A stretch of 64,000 nucleotides of DNA from Candidatus Dojkabacteria bacterium. Lineage in GTDB: Bacteria > Patescibacteriota > Dojkabacteria > SC72. Below the pieces are notes generated by a model. The model worked only from the letters and a program-made list of their open reading frames with translations. It ran no database searches and was not told where the DNA came from. The stretch is taken from contig JBMNHC010000001.1 of NCBI GenBank assembly GCA_050950165.1, positions 124,673-188,672 of the forward strand, read 5' to 3'. Both the position numbers and the translations under genes were made by a program. Positions 57,063 to 64,000 of this stretch are shown piece by piece (the first letter of the stretch is position 1; each line of letters opens with the position of its first letter).

Positions 57063-57139
57063 TGGTCGGGGTGACACGACTTGAACGTGCGACCTCTTGC
57101 ACCCCATGCAAGCGTTCTAGCCATCTGAACTACACCCCG
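57063..57139 (-). tRNA. tRNA-Pro, anticodon GGG, 77 nt with encoded 3' CCA.
   Basis: The reverse complement is CGGGGTGTAGTTCAGATGGCTAGAACGCTTGCATGGGGTGCAAGAGGTCGCACGTTCAAGTCGTGTCACCCCGACCA. It folds as a cloverleaf with a 7/7 acceptor, anticodon loop ATGGGGT and T-loop TTCAAGT. Confidence 0.85.
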
Positions 57140-57156
57140 TACACAAAGACATTATA

Positions 57157-57735
57157 CTAAAGCCCTATTTCACCAGCAATACTATTCATCTGCTCAAGAG
57201 CAATCTCTATAAATCTCTCAAGAGATATACCTGCTTTTTCAATATCATAAATATACTCTCTGTTAACAGCCTTAGCAAAATCTTTCTTTTTAAGTTTCTT
57301 AATTACACTCTCTACAGATACACTACTAATCTTTTTATCTGGTTGTACTAATGCACAAGCTACTAAGAAACCACTTAAATTCTCTGATGCTGATAAAGCA
57401 AAATCTAATTTACTCTCTCTCCTTTGCTCTATCTTAGGATGCTCCTCATAGTGAGATTTAATAGCATGATAGACTTCGTTAGAAATATCTCTCCCAACCT
57501 CTATACCTTCTTTCTTCAAGAGGATATCAAACTCTACTACATGCCTCTGTGGATCTTTCTCGACATAGTCATAGTCTAAATCATGTAGTAGCCCTGCAAT
57601 ACCCCACTCATCTTCATTTTCACCTAACTCTTTTGCTAAACCTCTCATGATAACTTCTGTTTCCCTCATATGAAGTTTTAACCAAGGAGTAGTAATATAT
57701 TTGTTTAACAGTTTTTCTGCTGTATCTCTATTCAT
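57157..57735 (-). CDS. HD domain phosphohydrolase.
   Basis: The HD motif is IAGLLHDLDYDY, with upstream His (KLHMRE). Confidence 0.7.
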   Translation of the reverse strand: MNRDTAEKLLNKYITTPWLKLHMRETEVIMRGLAKELGENEDEWGIAGLLHDLDYDYVEKDPQRHVVEFDILLKKEGIEVGRDISNEVYHAIKSHYEEHPKIEQRRESKLDFALSASENLSGFLVACALVQPDKKISSVSVESVIKKLKKKDFAKAVNREYIYDIEKAGISLERFIEIALEQMNSIAGEIGL

Positions 57736-57738
57736 ATA

Positions 57739-58740
57739 CTATCTTGTCTTAATCTCAACTAACACCTGGTTAGGACTCTGAGATGCACTTAATTTAAAAG
57801 GCTTACTTCCTCCAATACCACCAAACTTGTATACAGATTCTTTTCCTACTCTAGATACAGAAGCCTGTATTCCTGCAGGTAGAGAAATTGTAGATGCCCA
57901 ACCAGACACCTTATCCGATTCTAAAGAAGGAAATCTTACTACCAAGATATTTTCTGAATCATATTCTGCTTCAACAGAAGGTATTGGATTAGAAGTACCA
58001 CTTGCTACTGAAAAAACAAACTTCAATACCCCACCAGAGAAACTGTAAGAGTAAGAGGATATCCTAGCACCATCTGAAGCCTGCATACCAGATATTTTCT
58101 GAATATCACTTCCAAACTCTGTACTACCGAAATCTACAGTAGGTGGAGAATATTTAAAATCGTAAGAAACCTTAACTGATATATTCCATACACCACTATC
58201 CACTTCCTCTTGCTCTAATTTAAGAAGATTACTACCTAAAAACCCTACCTCATATATTGATGTCTTTTCTTGAGATGTCACAGCCCTATATATTCTTGTA
58301 ATGGCTCCCTTATCAACCTCTATACTCTTTTGATATCCCAAATTACTGTTATCCTTTACAACCCCCTTTATACTAACCCTATACACCCCTCTATCCAATA
58401 CTGGCTCTACTAACACATATGGAACTGGAGACTCTGATGTAGAAGATATCTTAAAAAGGAAAAGATGATACCCACTCTCCTGACTATCTTCTAACCCATC
58501 TATCGTATACTCTCCATCAGATATCTCTCCTACACTCTGTTTACTTTTACTAAACTCCTCTGGATTAGAAAGATATCCCAAGTCATCACTTTTAGGTGTA
58601 TCTACTTTCTTCTCAGTTTCTTTCTTCTCCGAACCAACAAATTCTATCTTAGAAGAGTCATAGTCTGTTTTTTTAGTACAACCTGTTAAAAGAAGAGAAG
58701 CTAGTATTAACAACGGAATGTATAGTAGATATCTTTTCAT
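57739..58740 (-). CDS. Putative lipoprotein, function unknown.
   Basis: A signal peptide with lipobox is present (LLILASLLLTGC). Confidence 0.45.
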   Translation of the reverse strand: MKRYLLYIPLLILASLLLTGCTKKTDYDSSKIEFVGSEKKETEKKVDTPKSDDLGYLSNPEEFSKSKQSVGEISDGEYTIDGLEDSQESGYHLFLFKISSTSESPVPYVLVEPVLDRGVYRVSIKGVVKDNSNLGYQKSIEVDKGAITRIYRAVTSQEKTSIYEVGFLGSNLLKLEQEEVDSGVWNISVKVSYDFKYSPPTVDFGSTEFGSDIQKISGMQASDGARISSYSYSFSGGVLKFVFSVASGTSNPIPSVEAEYDSENILVVRFPSLESDKVSGWASTISLPAGIQASVSRVGKESVYKFGGIGGSKPFKLSASQSPNQVLVEIKTR

Positions 58741-58831
58741 AAAGATATTATTTAAAACTTAATATATTAGAATGTTAACATTATACAAATCTAATGGTAA
58801 ATTATACTAACTAAATATATATCTATAAAGA

Positions 58832-60085
58832 ATGGCAAAAGAGATTAATATTTCAGAACAACCTACAGTCGTTAAGAGTGAGAAGAAAGAAACACCTATT
58901 GTACAACAGAAAGAACCGAAAGGATTTTTTAAGCTACCTAAAAAAACTCAAACTATCATACTAATATCTCTTGCTACAGCACTACTGTTAGGAATAGCTG
59001 CTTTCTACTACTTCGGTATATACAAAGCTAAACCTTTTAAGATTGCTTCTGAGGTTATTAATCTGAATAGTGAATATCTAATATCAAAGACCAAAGGTCA
59101 CTGGCTCTTTAATCTTGCCAACATTATGCCTGAAGAACCTAGAACAGAGGTAAGTCCAATTAATGGATTACTTTTTACTAAAACAGAGATAGATAAACTT
59201 AGGAAAAGAAGACCTGTTGCAGTAATGATAAATAACCATTCTGCAGCAAGACCCCAGTCAGGACTTAATAGTGCAGATATTGTATATGAGACATTAACTG
59301 AATCAGGAATAACTAGATACTTAGCAATATTTTGGAGTCAAGTACCTGACAAAGTAGGACCGATACGAAGTGCAAGACAATATTTTCTAGAGTTGCTAAA
59401 CCCATATGACCCTCTCTACATATATGATGGTTGTGCAAATACAAATAATCCTAAAACAGATGCCTGTGGTAATCTATACACATACAATATTAAAAAGATT
59501 GCAACAATTGGTGCATGGAGATTCAATGATGGACGAAGATATGCACCTCACAATGAATACTCTTCATTAATCTCAGCATGGGATTATGCAGAGAAAATGA
59601 ATTGGGGTTCTTTCTCTACAATTGAAACATGGAAGTTTAAAAGTGATGCTCCTGTAGAAGAGAGAGGAGAGAAAAGTAAGGTTAATATTGTATTTCACAC
59701 AAGAATAAATAACAGTGGTATGTATGATGTAATATGGACATATGATGCTAAAACAAATAGCTACCTAAAAGAGACTGGTAAGAAAATAGATATAGATCAA
59801 GAGATGAATACCCAAGTATATGCTAAAAGTTTAGTAATACAAGAAGTTAATATGCATCCAGCATACGATGATGCTGGGAGAATAATACAAGATATAATAG
59901 GAGAAGGTAAGGCTGTATTTCTAATGGACGGAAAAATCTTCGATGGTACTTGGAAGAAAGCTACTAGATTAGATAGAACTACATATTTCGATAATGAGGG
60001 AAATGAGGTACAATTTAATAGAGGGAGAGTGTGGATTAGTATACTTGCTCGTTCAGAAGGAAAATTTGCTATAATTGAACAATAA
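58832..60085 (+). CDS. Membrane-anchored DUF3048-like (YerB-like) protein.
   Basis: An N-terminal TM helix is followed by RPVAVMINNHSAARPQSGLNSADIVYE..GITRYLAIFWS, which is reminiscent of DUF3048. Confidence 0.4.
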   Translation: MAKEINISEQPTVVKSEKKETPIVQQKEPKGFFKLPKKTQTIILISLATALLLGIAAFYYFGIYKAKPFKIASEVINLNSEYLISKTKGHWLFNLANIMPEEPRTEVSPINGLLFTKTEIDKLRKRRPVAVMINNHSAARPQSGLNSADIVYETLTESGITRYLAIFWSQVPDKVGPIRSARQYFLELLNPYDPLYIYDGCANTNNPKTDACGNLYTYNIKKIATIGAWRFNDGRRYAPHNEYSSLISAWDYAEKMNWGSFSTIETWKFKSDAPVEERGEKSKVNIVFHTRINNSGMYDVIWTYDAKTNSYLKETGKKIDIDQEMNTQVYAKSLVIQEVNMHPAYDDAGRIIQDIIGEGKAVFLMDGKIFDGTWKKATRLDRTTYFDNEGNEVQFNRGRVWISILARSEGKFAIIEQ

Positions 60086-60135
60086 AATGCCCCATGGTCA
60101 ACAGACCAATCTAATATATATTTATATTAAGGGCT

Positions 60136-60708
60136 ATGTTAAAAAATCTTTTTATCTCAAAAGTCAGAATTAGAATACTAGAGCTGTACATGAGTAATAT
60201 TAAAGCTTCTTACCATGTAAGAGGTTTAGTTCGTGAAATAGGTGAAGAGATTAATGCTGTTAGAAGAGAGTTATTAAATCTTAAAGATGCAGGTATTCTT
60301 AAATCTACCAAAGAGGGAAACAGGATTGTATATATGATAGATAAGAAGTGTCCAATAATTGGAGAGTTAAGATCTATGTTCTTTAAGGAATCTGAAGTAG
60401 GAAAGATACTAAGAACTAAACTCTCTGCAGTAGAAGGTATTACTGTCGCTATAGTCACAGAAGCATTCTTAAAAAATAAACATGATAATCCTTTAGATAT
60501 AGATATGCTCTTTATTGGAACTATGAAAATTAAAGATTTAACATCTACTATGAATGCACTAGAGAAAGAGATAGATAGATCTATGAAGTATGCCGCTATG
60601 AAGCTAGAAGATTTTGAGTTTGGTAGAAGAAAGAGAGACCCAATTCTAATGAATGTTTTAGAGAATGAAAATGTAATGATACTAGGTAAAGACTCAGACC
60701 TCATATGA
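60136..60708 (+). CDS. Putative winged-helix DNA-binding protein.
   Basis: The N-terminal segment RIRILELYMSNIKASYHVRGLVREIGEEINAVRRELLNLKDAGIL is ArsR/MarR-like. Confidence 0.35.
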   Translation: MLKNLFISKVRIRILELYMSNIKASYHVRGLVREIGEEINAVRRELLNLKDAGILKSTKEGNRIVYMIDKKCPIIGELRSMFFKESEVGKILRTKLSAVEGITVAIVTEAFLKNKHDNPLDIDMLFIGTMKIKDLTSTMNALEKEIDRSMKYAAMKLEDFEFGRRKRDPILMNVLENENVMILGKDSDLI

Positions 60709-61937
60709 AAAGAATAAGGATTGCTAAGATAAATATTAACTGGAAGAACTTTTTTACATATATCTTTTTAATTCTTCTCTCTTCCTTAATTCTAGTAAGT
60801 ATATTAATTGCTCTTCCTCTAACTGAAACAATTTCATCTAAAGCTACATACGATCTTAGAGTAAAAAACAATCTGTATTGGTCAAAAGAATATACATTAG
60901 AGTTAGAAAGTTCTCAAAAAGAACATATTGAAAAAACAAAATCCATACTTTACAGTAGGCTAAAGAAGATGGGTGTTGAAAAGATTAGTACTAGAGTATC
61001 TTCTAAAGATGAGAAAACTTTTCTCCATGTTGAGGTAGAATCTTCACTCTCTCCAGACTATGTTCAAGAGTTAATTAGGAATCCTTTTGATATTCATATC
61101 GTTACAAAAAATCCTGACGTAGACTTTGAAAATGAAGAAGATCCTTATGCAATATATCTTGCACAAAACTACATTGAAACAGAATTTAGTAGGAAGGATT
61201 TTAGGAATGTATATTTAACTCAACTTAGAAATGCAGCAAATCAATATTCATACTTTGCTCTCTTTAAAACATGGCCTTGGGACAGTAAATGGGATGAGTT
61301 TCTTAAAGATAATCAAGGTGCACAGGTTGGTGTCTCCATAGACGGATTTGTGACACCAGTACAGATTCCTACTTCACAACCTCTTCTTTTTGCCACTCCT
61401 GTGTCTTCTACTGAGAAAGAAGAGATAAAGTTGATAGATATACTTTACAATTCAGGAGTAGTACCTTCTGGATTTACTTTAGTAGATGTAAATGATAAAG
61501 AGGTAAAAGATAAGAATGTAGATTACATAAAACTAACAGCAGGGGTAATAGTGGCTGTCATAGTCATATACGCTTACTTATTACTGATAGATAAGACTCC
61601 AAAGAGGATATTAATAGAGTCTGCTTTAGCAACCGTAATTACCATCTCCTGTTGGATCTCATATCTTAAGATTTACAGTATTCCAATAGACATCTCTATA
61701 CTGGCAATAGAGGTAATAGCAATAATTGCAATACTGCGTATTACATCCGAAAATAAAGAGTCTAAGGTATTGGTAAATGTATTACTAGTACTAATAGCTT
61801 CTCTTGCCATACTACTAGGTTCTGGTTTTGCCAAAATATTTGCTTCTAATCTCTTTATCCTCATACTTCTAGGTCTAATTGCACAAGAGATATCGAAGAT
61901 ATATATAGATAAAGTAAGAGAGATGACAAAAATATGA
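60705..61937 (+). CDS. Hypothetical membrane protein with an N-terminal TM helix, a soluble domain and about 5 C-terminal TM helices.
   Basis: ORF overlapping its neighbours by 4 nt. Only the hydrophobicity pattern supports it. Confidence 0.35.
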   Translation: MKRIRIAKININWKNFFTYIFLILLSSLILVSILIALPLTETISSKATYDLRVKNNLYWSKEYTLELESSQKEHIEKTKSILYSRLKKMGVEKISTRVSSKDEKTFLHVEVESSLSPDYVQELIRNPFDIHIVTKNPDVDFENEEDPYAIYLAQNYIETEFSRKDFRNVYLTQLRNAANQYSYFALFKTWPWDSKWDEFLKDNQGAQVGVSIDGFVTPVQIPTSQPLLFATPVSSTEKEEIKLIDILYNSGVVPSGFTLVDVNDKEVKDKNVDYIKLTAGVIVAVIVIYAYLLLIDKTPKRILIESALATVITISCWISYLKIYSIPIDISILAIEVIAIIAILRITSENKESKVLVNVLLVLIASLAILLGSGFAKIFASNLFILILLGLIAQEISKIYIDKVREMTKI

Positions 61938-62446
61938 ATTTAATAACAAGAGTATGGACAAACTGGAGTAACTCAGAAAAGATAGAGAATATTTCTCTCT
62001 TTCTTGCAATATTCTTTTTACTTCTGCTTTTAATATACCTGTTCTCAAAAAATAGAAAGATTACACTTCTTTCTGCAATATCTTTAATTCTTGTAGCCAT
62101 ATTTAATACATTAGGAATCATCATTACAAACACTCTCTTTAGAATAGAGATAGTAGAAATATTTAAAATAGTTCCAATACTAACACTGCTCATTCTTGCA
62201 AGTAATATAGGTGTTCTACTAGGCACATTTAATGAGCAGAAGAACAGGAAAGGATTTAATATCTCTAATATTAGAGTAGAATATTTCTCAGATACTTTTA
62301 AACAGACTATATTCCTTCTACTTCTTGGAAGCAGTATATTTCTTTTCTTACCAGTCTTACTACAGTCCATATTAGCTATCTCCATTCTCTCTGCTTTACT
62401 AGCTATCTGGAGTATATACTGGATATCAAAATATCTACTTAAATGA
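61934..62446 (+). CDS. Hypothetical small membrane protein (about 5 TM).
   Basis: ORF that is translationally coupled (4-nt overlaps on both sides). Confidence 0.35.
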   Translation: MNLITRVWTNWSNSEKIENISLFLAIFFLLLLLIYLFSKNRKITLLSAISLILVAIFNTLGIIITNTLFRIEIVEIFKIVPILTLLILASNIGVLLGTFNEQKNRKGFNISNIRVEYFSDTFKQTIFLLLLGSSIFLFLPVLLQSILAISILSALLAIWSIYWISKYLLK

Positions 62447-63324
62447 TTAACTATACAGGTAAGATAATTGTAATTGCTGGTCCTACAGCATCTGGTAAGA
62501 GTTCACTTGCTATTAAACTAGCAAAGCAGTTAGGAGGATATATAATAAATGGAGATTCTAGACAGGTATACAAGTATTTAAATATAGGGACAGCAAAACC
62601 TACTCCACAAGAGATATTAGATAACAATGTATGGGTAATAGATGGTATAAGGCATTACCTTTTTGATTTTGTAGACCCTAAAGAAAAGTTTACTCTTTTT
62701 AACTACCAATTTAATACTTCTCAGATATTAAAGAGAGAGAAAGGTATACCCATCTTAGTTGGAGGTAGTGGATTGTATATAGATAGCGTAATATTTAACT
62801 ACAATCTTAAAAAGAATATTAAGAGAGAAGACCTTACTACCCTTACCTTAACACAACTTCAGAAGAAAGCTTCTAAATATCTAGAACATATGACAGAGAG
62901 TGATAGGAAGAATAGGCATAGATTAATTAGAGTAATTGAGAGAGAGAGCTTAGGGAAAGAGAGAGGTAAAACACTAAAACATATATATTTTGTCATTGAT
63001 ATTGATAAAGAGATACTTAAGGAGAGAATAAAAGAGAGAATAGATGAGATGTTTAACAGTGGACTTCTAGAAGAGAACAAGAAGTTGTTAGAGATGGGGT
63101 ATAGATATAGTGATCCTGGATTAAATAGTATTGGGTATAAAGAATTTGAAGAATATTTTAATAATAATCAAACTACTGAGCAGGTAAAAGAGAGTATATA
63201 TAAAAATACAGTAGCGTATGCTAAAAGACAGAGGACTTGGTTTAAGAGAAACAGAGAAAGTATATGGACAGATAGCTATGAGGATATTTATGAATTAGCA
63301 TCAAACTTCATTACTGGGAAATAA
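62443..63324 (+). CDS. miaA: tRNA dimethylallyltransferase.
   Basis: The P-loop is IIVIAGPTASGKSSLAIKLAK. The GDSRQVYKYLNIGTAKPT motif is also present. Confidence 0.85.
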   Translation: MINYTGKIIVIAGPTASGKSSLAIKLAKQLGGYIINGDSRQVYKYLNIGTAKPTPQEILDNNVWVIDGIRHYLFDFVDPKEKFTLFNYQFNTSQILKREKGIPILVGGSGLYIDSVIFNYNLKKNIKREDLTTLTLTQLQKKASKYLEHMTESDRKNRHRLIRVIERESLGKERGKTLKHIYFVIDIDKEILKERIKERIDEMFNSGLLEENKKLLEMGYRYSDPGLNSIGYKEFEEYFNNNQTTEQVKESIYKNTVAYAKRQRTWFKRNRESIWTDSYEDIYELASNFITGK

Positions 63325-63851
63325 TCACCCTCTTTACTTCTAACAAGATATATCTCAGTAACAATAAAAGATATCTCTTCTACATTCAAGCTCTTGGAGA
63401 TATTATGAATATCTCTAACTAAATTCCTATACTCTTGTTCAGACAGCTCTTTGCTAACCCTACCTATTGTTAGATGAGGAACAAATGTAGAAGCTTGCCT
63501 ACTCTTAATATTCTTCCCTATTTCCCAAAAAAGATTCCTAATCTCTTCACCACCCTTTTCAATATCGATATATATTAACTCCCTATACTTTCTAGAGATA
63601 CCTAACTTTACCTGTCTAAAAGAAATCTCAAAAGGCTTAAATATTATCTTCTCCATCTTTCTTCTAAGCAGAAATCTGTCCAAGAGAGAAACTCTTTTGC
63701 CAACTATATGTAAACTAATATGCAGTGATTCAGGACTAGACCATCTAACAGGAATACCGAAGTCTTTAAAAATTCTACCTACTTCTCTTACAACCCTTCG
63801 TATCTTGTAATTGGACTTCTGGTCAGGAAAGATTCCTAAAAAGTAATTCAT
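63288..63851 (-). CDS. 2H phosphoesterase (ThpR/LigT-like RNA 2',3'-cyclic phosphodiesterase).
   Basis: Two HxT/Sx motifs are present: HISLHIVG and HLTIGRV. Confidence 0.6.
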   Translation of the reverse strand: MNYFLGIFPDQKSNYKIRRVVREVGRIFKDFGIPVRWSSPESLHISLHIVGKRVSLLDRFLLRRKMEKIIFKPFEISFRQVKLGISRKYRELIYIDIEKGGEEIRNLFWEIGKNIKSRQASTFVPHLTIGRVSKELSEQEYRNLVRDIHNISKSLNVEEISFIVTEIYLVRSKEGDYFPVMKFDANS

Positions 63852-63855
63852 TTAT

Positions 63856-64000
<145 letters not shown>

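Overview
This window looks like a low-GC (~32%) bacterium with small housekeeping genes interrupted by a very large cell-surface glycan/glycosylation island at roughly 10.9-48.6 kb. The assignment as bacterial rests on secA, miaA and a bacterial-type tRNA with encoded CCA. The gene style (short RecO, extended NDK, many orphan membrane proteins) is compatible with a CPR/Patescibacteria-like organism, but that is inference. The standard code is assumed, because ORFs terminate at TGA. No homology searches could be run, so every family call comes from motifs I recognised in the translated ORFs.

Housekeeping genes: trpS, family-4 UDG, ndk, an Elp3-like radical-SAM/GNAT enzyme, recO, secA, miaA, a ThpR/LigT-like 2H phosphoesterase, a 3' fragment of serS, tRNA-Lys(CUU) and tRNA-Pro(GGG).

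Accessory content:
- Two inverted paralogous surface proteins (FN3-like region plus two carboxypeptidase-regulatory-like beta-sandwich domains interleaved with TM helices).
- One polyprenyl-phosphate hexose-1-P transferase, five GT4, six GT2 (three of them DPM1/GtrB-like with partner GtrA and GT-C proteins), one GT-A, two GT-C and two Wzx-like flippases.
- Three class-I SAM methyltransferases.
- Tandem gmd copies sharing a ~477-bp near-identical block.
- ugd plus a UDP-GlcA-4-epimerase-like gene broken by a 1-nt homopolymer frameshift.
- A LiaF-like/DUF4097 pair and an NDT-like protein.
- An M23 peptidase with no proper start and an open upstream frame.
- An orphan polytopic histidine kinase.
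- A MacB-like ABC pair.
- A bactofilin-like protein followed by a bidirectional terminator.

The most unusual non-coding signals:
- A GC-rich array of eight GGGACAGACCT-like 11-bp direct repeats in the ndk/elp3 divergent promoter region. It comprises three ~54-bp tandem units plus one inverted copy.
- A cluster of three consecutive perfect stem-loops plus two palindromes at 52.83-53.02 kb.

No CRISPR array, transposase or integrase was seen.
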